DNA of 64,000 nucleotides from positions 4,448 through 68,447 of the forward strand of contig CAZBAZ010000002.1 of the NCBI GenBank assembly GCA_964490375.1. The letters run 5' to 3'. Below the pieces are notes generated by a model that ran no database searches, was not told the DNA's origin, and worked only from the letters and a program-made list of their open reading frames with translations. The stretch is from an uncultured Clostridium sp. (GTDB lineage: Bacteria; Bacillota_I; Bacilli_A; RF39; UBA660). Positions within the stretch are counted from its first letter, which is position 1. Each line of letters starts with the position of its first letter. Below are positions 9,617 through 20,251 of the stretch, piece by piece. The position numbers were made by a program, and so were the translations under genes.

Positions 9617-10246
9617 TTAAACATAAAATTTATAAATTAAATTATCAAATAAATAAACATATTTTTTATAACCTTCATTAATTAAATTATAATATATTTT
9701 AAGAATATTTTTTTCAATTTTAACTCTATGAATATTTTTTAGCAAATAAATTTCACCAACCATTTCTTCTATTATTTGCTTTTTACTCATACTAGACTTT
9801 TTAGCAAACTCATTAAAACTCATATTATAATTATGCACACAAATATTATTATATTTTTTAATAATCAAATTTAATCTTCTATTTACATAAGGTTTATGAA
9901 CAACCATAATATTTTTATAATCTTCATTTTTCAAAATCTTAAAACATTTTTTTATATTTGAATATGTACTCATAGATTTATCTTCTATCAAAATATTATC
10001 TTTATTAATTCCATTTTTAATTGCTATATCTCTAAAAATTTCTGCCTCACTTTTTTTAATTTTTCCAATTGTTCCTTTTCCTTTATAACCTGTAAATAAT
10101 ATTTTTTTATAATTATAATCATTAAATAGTTTTACACACTCTAAAGGAATAAAAGTATCAATACAACCACATCCAATTAATATATCACCTTTAATTTCTT
10201 TATTTTTTAAATTCAAATAATCAAATAATTTTTCTATCTCATTCAT
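9617..10246 (-). CDS. DUF218 (YdcF/ElyC-like) domain protein
   Basis: ILIGCGC...KKILFTGYKGKGT...SEAEIFRDIAIKNGI...IEDKSMSTYSN resembles the DUF218 core. Confidence 0.5.
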   Translation of the reverse strand: MNEIEKLFDYLNLKNKEIKGDILIGCGCIDTFIPLECVKLFNDYNYKKILFTGYKGKGTIGKIKKSEAEIFRDIAIKNGINKDNILIEDKSMSTYSNIKKCFKILKNEDYKNIMVVHKPYVNRRLNLIIKKYNNICVHNYNMSFNEFAKKSSMSKKQIIEEMVGEIYLLKNIHRVKIEKNILKIYYNLINEGYKKYVYLFDNLIYKFYV

Positions 10247-10284
10247 AATTACTTCCTAAATAAAAAGATAAACAGTTGTTTATC

Positions 10285-10764
10285 TTATATATTATTATGA
10301 ATATAATAAACAATATTTTTTGAAGCATCATAATAATATAAATTATAAAAATCAAATTTTTCTAAACTTTCATTTTCATTACTTTTATCAAGAATATAAA
10401 CATAATCATTTTCTTCAATTTGAGAAATATCAAAATCATATTTATCAAAGAAATCAGCATTTTTTACTGCATCATTATAATTATCAAAATATTCTTTAAC
10501 AAGTGATATATTATCTGAATCAACTTTAACAAATTTTTTATTTTCTTTTATAGATTCTTCTATATTTTTCTTAAAATAAAATTTACAATAGTCAGTATAA
10601 TCTTTATTTTCGCCATAAAAATAACAATCATTGTCTCTATAATCAGGTAAAGACATAATTAAACTATCATTATAATATAGTTTATCTGGAATATTTAACA
10701 AAACTATAATTATCACTATTAATAAAACTATAATTGATATAAAAATAATATTTTTCTTTTTCAT
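10285..10764 (-). CDS. hypothetical membrane-anchored protein
   Basis: N-terminal TM helix, acidic/Tyr-rich remainder, no recognised motif. Confidence 0.4.
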   Translation of the reverse strand: MKKKNIIFISIIVLLIVIIIVLLNIPDKLYYNDSLIMSLPDYRDNDCYFYGENKDYTDYCKFYFKKNIEESIKENKKFVKVDSDNISLVKEYFDNYNDAVKNADFFDKYDFDISQIEENDYVYILDKSNENESLEKFDFYNLYYYDASKNIVYYIHNNI

Positions 10765-10768
10765 AAAT

Positions 10769-11350
10769 TTACTCCTTATAACTATCTAATTTTTTAATAA
10801 AATTCTCTATATCAATTTTATTAAAAACAATATTTAATCTACTTATCAAAGAAACAAAAAATTGTTTAATAGATTCTTTAACATTTAATTTTGAATTTTT
10901 ATAATCGCTCATAACCATATTAAAATAGCATCTTAAAGTATTAGTTCTTTCAACAATTACTCTTCCTTTAATTATATTAAGAATATCTATATATATTAAA
11001 TTCTTTCCTTCAATAACACATTTTTTATTTTTAGAGTTAACATATTTTAATGTTTCTTTATACATAATATCAACATTATCAATACTTTTTTTATCAAATT
11101 CTTTTTTTAAATATTTTTCTTCTTCATTAACACATTTATCAAAAATTATATTATCAATTGATATAACTATATAATTTTTATTTTTTCTATATGAATTTAA
11201 TAAAGTAACTTTTAAAGAACCAAACTCACCAATTATATTAATGACATCATCTTTTGTTAAAACTTTAAAATATTCGCAACGATTTCTAAATAAATATATT
11301 TTATTTTCCATACTATAAATTCTTATCAATCTTATCAGCAGTTGAATCAA
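10769..11350 (-). CDS. hypothetical protein
   Basis: ORF only. The start may be the internal MENKIYLF at 11311, which removes the overlap with the upstream gene. Confidence 0.4.
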   Translation of the reverse strand: MIQLLIRLIRIYSMENKIYLFRNRCEYFKVLTKDDVINIIGEFGSLKVTLLNSYRKNKNYIVISIDNIIFDKCVNEEEKYLKKEFDKKSIDNVDIMYKETLKYVNSKNKKCVIEGKNLIYIDILNIIKGRVIVERTNTLRCYFNMVMSDYKNSKLNVKESIKQFFVSLISRLNIVFNKIDIENFIKKLDSYKE

Positions 11351-11597
11351 TTAACTCATCAAAAGACATTTCCTTCAAGGATTTTTTATTTTTTACTAAC
11401 TTATTTATATTTTTTTCATCTTTCTCACTAACATGAGATAATCCCGTTCCGGGCAAAGTTACAGTCTTTCTTACTTTTCCATTGGCAGTCTTTCCAATTC
11501 TAAAGAATTTATTACCTATACTATATCCAATTCCTTTTTTACTCAAATTAATATGAAACCCATTTATATTAAATACTTTTCTAAATCTAAATCCCAT
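11313..11597 (-). CDS. DUF4236 domain protein
   Basis: MGFRFRKVFNINGFHINLSKKGIGYSIG...TVTLPGTGLSHVS matches the DUF4236 N-terminal consensus. Confidence 0.6.
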   Translation of the reverse strand: MGFRFRKVFNINGFHINLSKKGIGYSIGNKFFRIGKTANGKVRKTVTLPGTGLSHVSEKDEKNINKLVKNKKSLKEMSFDELIDSTADKIDKNL

Positions 11598-11607
11598 AAA
11601 ACACCTA

Positions 11608-12060
11608 TTATTTCTTTTTTAATAAATCTCTTATTTCTTCTAATAAGATTACCTCATCACTTTTTTTAACTTCTTCTTTTTTCTCTTCTTTTTCTTGTTC
11701 CTTTTTATGTTTATCAAATAACTTATTCATTAACTTAACAACAATAAAAATACAAAAAGCAATAATTAAAAAGTTAATAATATTTTGAATAAACATTCCA
11801 TAATTAATAGTGGCATCTTTTACTTTAATGCTTAATCCTGAAAAATCATATCCACCTATTATTACTCCAACTAAAGGCATAATAATATCATTTACAAGAG
11901 AGTTAACAATACTACTAAAAGCTGTACCTATAACAACACCTACAGCTAAATCCATAACATTTCCTCTTTGAATAAATGTTTTAAATTCTCCAAAAAATCC
12001 TTTAGACTTTTCTTTAATTTTTTTAATTTCTTCTTTTTCTTTATTTTTCATATACTTCAC
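11608..12060 (-). CDS. mscL: large-conductance mechanosensitive channel MscL
   Basis: [41 protein letters not shown] is the MscL TM1 signature. A second TM and a charged C-terminus are present. Confidence 0.9.
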   Translation of the reverse strand: MKYMKNKEKEEIKKIKEKSKGFFGEFKTFIQRGNVMDLAVGVVIGTAFSSIVNSLVNDIIMPLVGVIIGGYDFSGLSIKVKDATINYGMFIQNIINFLIIAFCIFIVVKLMNKLFDKHKKEQEKEEKKEEVKKSDEVILLEEIRDLLKKK

Positions 12061-12084
12061 TCCAAAAACATTATATCATTTTAT

Positions 12085-12936
12085 TTAAAATAATAAAATA
12101 CCAGTTCCAATAGTAATAATAATTATTCCAATTAAAGATTTCTTACTTATTTTTTCATTGAGAAAATAATATGATAAAACAATAACAACTACTAAACTCA
12201 TCTTTTCAATAGTAAATACTATACTAGCTTCATTATCTTGTAATGCTTTAAAATAGCAAAGCCAAGAAAATGATGTTGAAATTCCTGATAAAACAATATA
12301 TTTAAAATTATTTCTATTTATATCTTTAAAATATTTTAATTTCTTTTTAAAAATCAAAACAAAAATAATAAAAATTAATACAACTAAAGTTCTAATAAAA
12401 GTAGCCAAACTACTATCAACATTAATAAGTCCAATTTTACTAATAATTGTAGTAGTACTAGCAAATATAGCAGTCAACACAGCATATAAAATCCAAGAAT
12501 TATTTTCATTATCTTTCTGTATTTTATTAATTGTTAAAAAACTGCCAAATAATATAAGAATAATAGAAATAATTTTAATAATAGTAATTTTCTCATCTAA
12601 AAAAAACATAGAAAAAAACATCGTTAAAACAATACTAGTTTTATCTATAGGTGCAACTTTACTAACATTACCCAATTGTAAAGCTTTAAAATAAGATAAC
12701 CATAACAAAGAAGTAGAAATTCCAGATAATACTAAAAATAAAATTTGATTTTTATTTAAATTAACAACAGAACATACACTTCCATTATAAAAAGTAACTA
12801 TAAATGAAATAAATAAAATTATAATCGTTCTAATAATTGTAGAAATTTCACCTTCAACATTATCTACTCCTGCTTTACATAAAACTGATGCTAAACCAGA
12901 AAAAAATGATGCACATAAAGCATATAATATCCACAT
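12085..12936 (-). CDS. EamA/DMT-family transporter
   Basis: Ten TM helices in two EamA-like halves. Confidence 0.65.
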   Translation of the reverse strand: MWILYALCASFFSGLASVLCKAGVDNVEGEISTIIRTIIILFISFIVTFYNGSVCSVVNLNKNQILFLVLSGISTSLLWLSYFKALQLGNVSKVAPIDKTSIVLTMFFSMFFLDEKITIIKIISIILILFGSFLTINKIQKDNENNSWILYAVLTAIFASTTTIISKIGLINVDSSLATFIRTLVVLIFIIFVLIFKKKLKYFKDINRNNFKYIVLSGISTSFSWLCYFKALQDNEASIVFTIEKMSLVVVIVLSYYFLNEKISKKSLIGIIIITIGTGILLF

Positions 12937-13016
12937 AGTTAGTCACCTAATTATATTATGTTACATTATTTATTTTTTATCATATATTTATTATAATTAA
13001 CATAGGACGTGATAAA

Positions 13017-13640
13017 ATGAAAATAGAATTATTAAAACACAGCAGTGTAAAAATAACAAATAATAAAATTATTTATATTGATCCATATCAAATAGATGAT
13101 GAGATACATGATGCAGATTATATATTTATTACGCATAGTCATTATGATCATTTCTCTATTAATGACATTTTAAAAATCAAAAATGATAATACATTCATTA
13201 TAAGTTCACAAGATACAGAAAACGAATTAATAAAATATTTTGATAAAAATAAAATTCTTTTAGTTATTCCAAATAAAAATTATAAATCAAATGATTTTTC
13301 TTTTAAAACTACTCATGCTTATAATATCAATAAAAATTTTCATCCAATTGAAAATAATTGGGTTGGATATATTTTAAATATAAATAATCAAAATATATTT
13401 ATTTCAGGGGATACTGATAATAATACTGATATTAAAAATATAAAATGTGATGTAGCTCTAATACCAATCGGAGGCACATTTACAATGAATTATATTGAAG
13501 CAGCAGAATATATCAATAATTTAAAACCTTCACTAGTCATCCCAACACATTATGGATTAATTGTAGGTAACAAAAATGATGGAGAAAAATTCAAGGAATT
13601 ATTAAATAAAGATATAGAATGTAAAATATTTATAAAATGA
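13017..13640 (+). CDS. MBL-fold metallo-hydrolase
   Basis: HSHYDHF metal-binding motif and a later D..H pair. Confidence 0.7.
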   Translation: MKIELLKHSSVKITNNKIIYIDPYQIDDEIHDADYIFITHSHYDHFSINDILKIKNDNTFIISSQDTENELIKYFDKNKILLVIPNKNYKSNDFSFKTTHAYNINKNFHPIENNWVGYILNINNQNIFISGDTDNNTDIKNIKCDVALIPIGGTFTMNYIEAAEYINNLKPSLVIPTHYGLIVGNKNDGEKFKELLNKDIECKIFIK

Positions 13641-13706
13641 TGTGGATTATTGTGGAAAAAAGAAAAAAATTTATTATTATGAATATGCTATAATATCATT
13701 AAGGAT

Positions 13707-15074
13707 GTGAATAAAATGTTTAAATACGAAAGTGATTCAAGAAAAGTTCAAAAAGGTCAAACATTTATAGCTTTAAAAGGTTTAACAGTAGATGGTCATG
13801 ACTTTATTAAAAAAGCTATAGAAAATGGAGCAACAAAAATAATATGTGAAAAAGATATAGACTTTAATATACCATATGAAAAAGTAGAAAATACTGATTT
13901 ATATTTAAGAGAACTATTAAAAAAAGATTATGGAAAATATATTGATAAGTTAAAATTAATTGGTGTTACAGGTACTAATGGTAAAACAACAAGTTGCTTT
14001 TTGACATACCAAATGCTAAATAATCTAGGCATTGATACAGCATATATTGGAACAATTGGTTATTATTATAAAGATGATTTTATCGAATTAAATAATACTA
14101 CTCCAGATATACTAACAGTTTATAAATTACTTTATCATGCCTATGAATGTGGATGCAAAGCAGTTGTTATGGAAGTAAGTAGTCAAGCATTATCTTATGA
14201 TAGATTAACAGGAATAAACTATTCTATCATATCATTTACTAATTTAACTGAAGATCATTTAGATTATCATAAAACAATGGAAAATTATCTAAATGCAAAG
14301 TTATTGATTTTAAATCACCTTAAAGAAAATGCAATAATAACTGCCAACTCAGATGATAAAAATTATGAAAAATTCAAAAAAGAAAATCATAAATTTTTAA
14401 CATATGGTTCAAATGGAGATTATAAAATATTAGACTTTGAAACTCTTCCTAGTGAAACAAACTTATCATTTAGTTATAATAATAAAATATATAAATGTAC
14501 AATACCTTTAACAAGCAAATTTAATGTTTACAACTATTTGACAATGTTAAGCATTGTAAATCAATATGGAATAGATATAGATGATATCCTAAAAGAAACG
14601 CCAAAATTAAAAGCTCCAAAAGGAAGATGTGAAGTATACAAAGTCAATAAAGGAATCGCAGTTGTAGATTATGCTCATACCCCAGATGCAGTAGAAAAAG
14701 TTATCACAGCTTATAACGAATTAAAAAAAGGAAAAGTTATTACAATTGTTGGTTGTGGAGGAGATAGAGATCCCAAAAAAAGACCAATTATGGGTGAAAT
14801 AGCAACAAAATTAAGTGATTATGTTATATTTACAAGTGACAATCCAAGAACAGAAGATCCAAATAAAATATTAGAAGATATAATATCTGGTGTTAAAAAA
14901 GATAATTATGAAATAATAGAAAATAGAAAAAATGCCATAAAACATGGACTTGATATTATGAAAAAAGATGACATACTTTTAGTTTTAGGAAAAGGTCATG
15001 AAAACTATCAAATAATCGGAAAAGAAAAAATACATTTAGATGATAGTGAAGAAATATTAAATTATAAAAAATAA
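13707..15074 (+). CDS. murE: UDP-N-acetylmuramoyl-L-alanyl-D-glutamate--2,6-diaminopimelate ligase MurE
   Basis: GVTGTNGKTT P-loop, DHLDYH, and the C-terminal DNPR motif characteristic of DAP-adding MurE. Confidence 0.85.
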   Translation: MNKMFKYESDSRKVQKGQTFIALKGLTVDGHDFIKKAIENGATKIICEKDIDFNIPYEKVENTDLYLRELLKKDYGKYIDKLKLIGVTGTNGKTTSCFLTYQMLNNLGIDTAYIGTIGYYYKDDFIELNNTTPDILTVYKLLYHAYECGCKAVVMEVSSQALSYDRLTGINYSIISFTNLTEDHLDYHKTMENYLNAKLLILNHLKENAIITANSDDKNYEKFKKENHKFLTYGSNGDYKILDFETLPSETNLSFSYNNKIYKCTIPLTSKFNVYNYLTMLSIVNQYGIDIDDILKETPKLKAPKGRCEVYKVNKGIAVVDYAHTPDAVEKVITAYNELKKGKVITIVGCGGDRDPKKRPIMGEIATKLSDYVIFTSDNPRTEDPNKILEDIISGVKKDNYEIIENRKNAIKHGLDIMKKDDILLVLGKGHENYQIIGKEKIHLDDSEEILNYKK

Positions 15075-15135
15075 TATAATATTCAAAAATAAACTTCATT
15101 ATGTTATACTTTAGATATAAATATAGAGGTGAAAT

Positions 15136-15672
15136 ATGTTAGAAGAAATAGCTGAGTATGATAAAGATTTTTCAGAGGGAACATTTTTAACTAAAGTGGA
15201 TCATATATTCATAATGATACTAGATGCAATTATGGAAAATGATATGAGTAGCGTTAAACATTTTCTAAATGAAGATATTTATTTAAAATATGAAGAATTA
15301 ACTAAAGAATATAGTCGTAAAGGTTACACAAGAATATTTGATGAAATGAATGTAAAATCAACACACATAAGTGGATACAATGTTGATGAAGAAAATATAA
15401 ATGTTAATATAATATTAACATCAAGATATATGGATTACTTTTTAGATGGTAATGGAGAATATATTAGTGGAGAAAACACAAGAAGAATAGAAAAAAATCA
15501 TTATATTACTTTTACAAAAAAACTTAATGCAGAAAAATATAATGAAATAAGAAGATGTCCAGGATGTGGTGCAAGTGTAGATGTTAATAACAATGGAAAA
15601 TGCAAATATTGTGGAACTACATTTAATGTTGAAGATTATGACTATATAATAACAAAAATGGAAATATTATAA
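15136..15672 (+). CDS. Tim44-like domain protein with C-terminal CxxC..CxxC zinc ribbon
   Basis: C-terminal RCPGCGASVDVNNNGKCKYCG. GAGGTG RBS. Same architecture as the next gene. Confidence 0.5.
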   Translation: MLEEIAEYDKDFSEGTFLTKVDHIFIMILDAIMENDMSSVKHFLNEDIYLKYEELTKEYSRKGYTRIFDEMNVKSTHISGYNVDEENINVNIILTSRYMDYFLDGNGEYISGENTRRIEKNHYITFTKKLNAEKYNEIRRCPGCGASVDVNNNGKCKYCGTTFNVEDYDYIITKMEIL

Positions 15673-15760
15673 AAACTCCTAAAGGAGTTTTTTTATGACA
15701 AAATTGTTTTTATTTTTAAACCAATATGGTATACTTTAATCAGTAAAATATGGAGGTAAA

Positions 15761-16651
15761 ATGAAAAACAAGATTATTAAATATTTGTCTGTTATGATTA
15801 TACTTTTTACTTGCTTCATTTATTGTATTAGGCAAAATGAAATAAAGGCAGATAGCGGTTGGGACTCAAGTTATGATTCAGGAGGAAGTTGGGACAGCGG
15901 AAGTAGTGGCTGGGATAGCGGAAGCAGCAGTTGGGATTGGGGCTCAAGCAGTGACAGTTATGATAGTTCAAGATCAAGTTCAAGCAGTGGAGGATCATTT
16001 GTAGCATTTATTATTTTTGTTATTATGATAATATTAATTCGTTCAAGCAATAAGACAAAAATACATATATCAAGCAATGCTGATATTCCATTAAACTTTG
16101 ATTCAGTTTCAGAAGAAGAAATAAAGAAAATACTCCCTGACTTTAATAAACAACGTTTCCTAAATGATGCGTATCAAACATATTTAAATGTTCAAAAAGC
16201 ATGGAGTAATTTTGATACTAAAGCACTAAGAGAAATGTTATCAGATGAATTATATAATACATATAATTCTCAATTAAAAGTCTTAAAAGCAAAAAAACAA
16301 AAGAATATTATGTCTGATTTTGTAATGGATAGTATTGACATAAATTCAATTAACCTTGAAGGAGAAAAAATTACATTAACATGTATTTTGAGAGTTAACT
16401 TCTATGATTATGTAGTGGACAGTGAAGAAAAAGTTGTTAGAGGAACAAACACTAAAAAAATTGACATAACATATGAATTAACATTTATTAGTACAATAAC
16501 ACATAAAGAAGTTAAAAATTGTCCAAGTTGTGGAGCACCTGTAAAAGGAAAAGCAGCTGATAAATGTGAATATTGTGGAAGTACATTAGTTAAAAACACA
16601 TACGATTGGGTACTTGCTAAAAAAGAAAACAAACGCCAACAATTTAAATAA
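15761..16651 (+). CDS. membrane-anchored Tim44-like domain protein with S/G/W/D-rich repeat and C-terminal zinc ribbon (paralog of upstream gene)
   Basis: Signal peptide. SGWDSSYDSGGSWDSGSSGWDSGSSSWDWGSS low-complexity tract. TM helix. C-terminal CPSCGAPVKGKAADKCEYCG. GGAGGT RBS. Confidence 0.5.
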   Translation: MKNKIIKYLSVMIILFTCFIYCIRQNEIKADSGWDSSYDSGGSWDSGSSGWDSGSSSWDWGSSSDSYDSSRSSSSSGGSFVAFIIFVIMIILIRSSNKTKIHISSNADIPLNFDSVSEEEIKKILPDFNKQRFLNDAYQTYLNVQKAWSNFDTKALREMLSDELYNTYNSQLKVLKAKKQKNIMSDFVMDSIDINSINLEGEKITLTCILRVNFYDYVVDSEEKVVRGTNTKKIDITYELTFISTITHKEVKNCPSCGAPVKGKAADKCEYCGSTLVKNTYDWVLAKKENKRQQFK

Positions 16652-16671
16652 AACTATTACTAAGTGATTAT

Positions 16672-16698
16672 AAAAGCTTTCTACACAATAGAAAGTTT
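16672..16698 (+). terminator. terminator hairpin after Tim44-like paralog
   Basis: aaagctttcta-cacaa-tagaaagtttt followed by a T-rich tract. Confidence 0.45.
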
Positions 16699-16723
16699 TT
16701 ATTTAATATTTTACATAAAAAAA

Positions 16724-16744
16724 TAAACTCTTGTTTTAAGAGTT
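16724..16744. terminator. bidirectional terminator between convergent genes (serves xfp)
   Basis: aaactctt-gtttt-aagagttt flanked by an A-run and a T-run. Confidence 0.5.
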
Positions 16745-16764
16745 TATTTTAAATGAAATATCAA

Positions 16765-19113
16765 TTAATCTTCCCATTTCCAATTTTTAATTTCAGGCAT
16801 ATCTTCACCATATTCATGAATATATTCCTTATGTTCGATTAGTTTATTTTTACACCATTCATTCAATGAAGTTCTCTTATCACCTAACTCTGGTAAATAT
16901 TTTAAAGCATCCATAACTAAATTAAATCTATCTAATTTATTTTGAACTTTCATATCAAAAGTAGTAGTAATAGTACCTTCTTCCAAATATCCATGAACAT
17001 GTAAATTTTTATTTGTTCTCTTATAAGCTAATTGATGAATCAAATGTGGATAACCATGAAATGCAAATATAATTGGTTTATCTTTAGTAAATATACTATC
17101 ATATTCTTCATCATCAAGTCCATGTGGATGATTTTCACTGCTTTCTAGTTTCATCAAATCAACGACATTAACTACTCTAATTTTTAATTCAGGGAAATTC
17201 TCTCTTAATATTTTAACAGCAGCTAGAGTTTCTACTGTTGGAGTTTCACCTGCACAAGCCATTACTAAATCAGGAGTATTTCCATCATCATTACTAGCAA
17301 ATTTCCAAATACCTAAGCCTTTAGTACAATGCTTAATTGCTTCATCCATGGTTAACCATTGTGGTCTTGGGTGTTTAGAAGCAACAATTACATTAATATA
17401 ATTCTTAGTTCTAATACAATGATCAAAACATGAAATTAAAGTATTAGTATCAGGAGGTAAATATATTCTAACAGTATCAGCTTTTTTAGTTACTAAATGA
17501 TTTAAGAATCCAGGATCTTGATGCGTAAATCCATTATGATCTTGCTGCCAAACATATGAAGCTAAAATATAGTTCAAAGACGCAATATCTTGCCTCCATG
17601 GTAATTCTCTGCAAACTTTTAACCATTTTGCATGCTGAGAAGCCATAGAGTCTACAATTCTAATAAAAGCTTCATAACTATGAAAGAATCCATGTCTACC
17701 AGTTAACAAGTAACCTTCTAACATTCCTTCACAAGCATGTTCAGATAAAACTGAATCAATCACTCTACCAGAATGACTTAAGAATTCATCAGTATTATAA
17801 GTAATTCCATTCCATTGTCTATTAGTTACTTCAAATACATGATTTAATCTATTAGACAATGCCTCATCTGGACCAAATATTCTAAAATTCTTTTTATCTT
17901 CATTTAATTTTACAATATCTCTTATAAATCTACCTAACTCCATCATATCCTGAGTTACAACTTCACCAGGTTTCTTTACATCAATAGCATAATTTCTAAA
18001 ATCAGGAATATTTAACTCTTCTAATAATTTGCCTCCATTAGCATGAGGATTCATACCCATTCTATAATTACCAGTAGGTGCTATAGCCCTTATTTCTTTT
18101 CTTAATTTACCCTTTTCATCAAATAGTTCTTCAGGTTTATAACTTCTAAGCCAAGCTTCTAAAATTTTTACATTCTCTGGATGATTCTTATCAACTAAAA
18201 TTGGTACCTGATGAGATCTAAATGAACCTTCGATTTGTTTTTTATCCACCATTCTAGGGCCAGTCCATCCTTTAGGTGTTTTAAGAATAATCATTGGAAA
18301 TTTGGCTCTTTTATTTAATTTAGATTTAGATTTAATTTCTTTAATTTGTGCTATACATCTATCTAATGTTTTTGCCATCATTTCATGCATTTTAGCAGTA
18401 GTAGATGCTTCTACTATATAAGGAATATATCCGCATCCTTGAAAATATTTTATTAATTCATCCTTTGGCATTCTAGCAAATATAGTTGGATTTGCTATTT
18501 TATATCCATTTAAATGTAATATTGGTAAAACTACACCATCAGTTAAAGGATTTATAATTTTATTTAGTTGCCACGAAGCAGCTAAAGGTCCAGTTTCACT
18601 TTCTCCATCCCCTACTACACATGCAACAATCAAATTAGGATTATCCAAAACAGCACCATATGAATGAGCAAGAGAATAACCAAGTTCTCCACCTTCATTA
18701 ATACTACCAGGAGTTTCTGGAGCAACGTGAGAAGATATTCCACCTGGAAAACTAAATTGTTTGCATAATTTTTTTAATCCCTCTTCATCCTCAGTAATAT
18801 TAGGATAAATTTCACTATAACTTCCCTCTAAATATACATTTGACACTATAGATTGTCCACCATGTCCAGGTCCAGAAACATAAATCATATCTAATTTATT
18901 TTTCTTTATAATTCTATTCAAATGAACATATATAAAATTTTGTCCAGGAGCTGTACCCCAATGACCTACTACATTAGGCTTGATATGATCTAAAGTTAAT
19001 CTTTCTTTTAACAATGGATTATCCTTTAAATATAATTGAGCAACAGATAAATAATTTGCCGCTCTAAAATAAGCATCTATATTTTTTAATTCTTTTTCGT
19101 TTAATGCTTTCAT
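16765..19113 (-). CDS. xfp: xylulose-5-phosphate/fructose-6-phosphate phosphoketolase
   Basis: 782 aa. [13 protein letters not shown] and the TPP-binding GDGE...G motif match XFP-family phosphoketolases. Confidence 0.9.
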   Translation of the reverse strand: MKALNEKELKNIDAYFRAANYLSVAQLYLKDNPLLKERLTLDHIKPNVVGHWGTAPGQNFIYVHLNRIIKKNKLDMIYVSGPGHGGQSIVSNVYLEGSYSEIYPNITEDEEGLKKLCKQFSFPGGISSHVAPETPGSINEGGELGYSLAHSYGAVLDNPNLIVACVVGDGESETGPLAASWQLNKIINPLTDGVVLPILHLNGYKIANPTIFARMPKDELIKYFQGCGYIPYIVEASTTAKMHEMMAKTLDRCIAQIKEIKSKSKLNKRAKFPMIILKTPKGWTGPRMVDKKQIEGSFRSHQVPILVDKNHPENVKILEAWLRSYKPEELFDEKGKLRKEIRAIAPTGNYRMGMNPHANGGKLLEELNIPDFRNYAIDVKKPGEVVTQDMMELGRFIRDIVKLNEDKKNFRIFGPDEALSNRLNHVFEVTNRQWNGITYNTDEFLSHSGRVIDSVLSEHACEGMLEGYLLTGRHGFFHSYEAFIRIVDSMASQHAKWLKVCRELPWRQDIASLNYILASYVWQQDHNGFTHQDPGFLNHLVTKKADTVRIYLPPDTNTLISCFDHCIRTKNYINVIVASKHPRPQWLTMDEAIKHCTKGLGIWKFASNDDGNTPDLVMACAGETPTVETLAAVKILRENFPELKIRVVNVVDLMKLESSENHPHGLDDEEYDSIFTKDKPIIFAFHGYPHLIHQLAYKRTNKNLHVHGYLEEGTITTTFDMKVQNKLDRFNLVMDALKYLPELGDKRTSLNEWCKNKLIEHKEYIHEYGEDMPEIKNWKWED

Positions 19114-19195
19114 AAATCCTCCTCTTTATTCTATAAATATTTTACACTATTTTGAATCAAAAAAAAAGAGTCTTTATCTTTTATTGTTGTAAAGA

Positions 19196-19648
19196 TTACA
19201 ATACTCTTTCACATAAATCTTCATATTTACTTCCATGAGGATTAATTATAAATTGTCTTGTATTTTCATCAATTATTCTAATTCTAATATCAAGTCTATT
19301 TTTAGGTAAAATATCTTCAATCAAATCAGACCATTCAATAATACAAATTCCCTTCTTAGTAAAATATTCTTCTATTCCAATATCTTGTTTAATATCACTT
19401 AAACGGTAAACATCCATATGAAACAATTTCATTTCTCCAGCATCATATTCTTTAATAATATTAAAAGTTGGAGATGTAATATTATCAGTTATTTCTAAAG
19501 CCCTCGCAAAAGCCTTAGCAAAAACAGTCTTTCCACTTCCAAGATCTCCTTCTAAACATATAACCATATTAGGAAACTTTTCACTTTCAATATTTTGTGC
19601 CAATTCAATTGTTTCTTCTTCTGAATAAGTTGTTATTTTATATTGCAT
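19196..19648 (-). CDS. tsaE: tRNA threonylcarbamoyladenosine biosynthesis protein TsaE
   Basis: GDLGSGKTVFAKAFARAL P-loop, 150 aa. Confidence 0.8.
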   Translation of the reverse strand: MQYKITTYSEEETIELAQNIESEKFPNMVICLEGDLGSGKTVFAKAFARALEITDNITSPTFNIIKEYDAGEMKLFHMDVYRLSDIKQDIGIEEYFTKKGICIIEWSDLIEDILPKNRLDIRIRIIDENTRQFIINPHGSKYEDLCERVL

Positions 19649-19779
19649 TCATATCACCATACTCATTGTAACATTAATAGAAAAATATATACAAGTATTT
19701 TTAAACATTTTACACATTTTTAAGGAAATAGTCTATACGACAAATAAAAAGTTTTCATACAATAGTCTAGGAAGGTGAT

Positions 19780-20250
19780 ATGAATATGTATTTTGATGAA
19801 GACAATAATTACTTCATTGATGAACATGAATTTAACTTTAAAACAGACATAGATTCAAATATAAATATTAATGTAGATAGTATTAATTTTAATAGAGATA
19901 ATACTCTTTATGAGCCAAATGAAGGATTTAATAAAGGAAATATGTTTAAGAACTTATATTCTAAATATAAAAATTATGCTTATAATTTAAAAGTAAATAA
20001 TACAAAAGATGAATTACTTTATATAATTCAAATGTATACGTTTGCTCTTAAAGACCTAAATTTATATTTAGATATTTATCCAGAAGACAAAAATATATTA
20101 AAAATATTTCAAGAATATAAAAGAAAACTAGAAGAATACAAAAATAAATACATTAATGAATATGGTCCATTATATTCAAATAATGTAAATAGTAGTGACA
20201 AGTGGACATGGATAAATAATCCTTGGCCATGGGACAAAGGAGGAAATTAA
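19780..20250 (+). CDS. cotJB: spore coat protein, apparent CotJA-CotJB fusion
   Basis: N-terminal LYEPNEGFNKGNMFKNLY is a CotJA-like motif. C-terminal IQMYTFALKDLNLYLDIYPEDKN...EYGPL is the CotJB signature. cotJC starts 2 nt later. Confidence 0.65.
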   Translation: MNMYFDEDNNYFIDEHEFNFKTDIDSNININVDSINFNRDNTLYEPNEGFNKGNMFKNLYSKYKNYAYNLKVNNTKDELLYIIQMYTFALKDLNLYLDIYPEDKNILKIFQEYKRKLEEYKNKYINEYGPLYSNNVNSSDKWTWINNPWPWDKGGN

Positions 20251-20251
20251 T

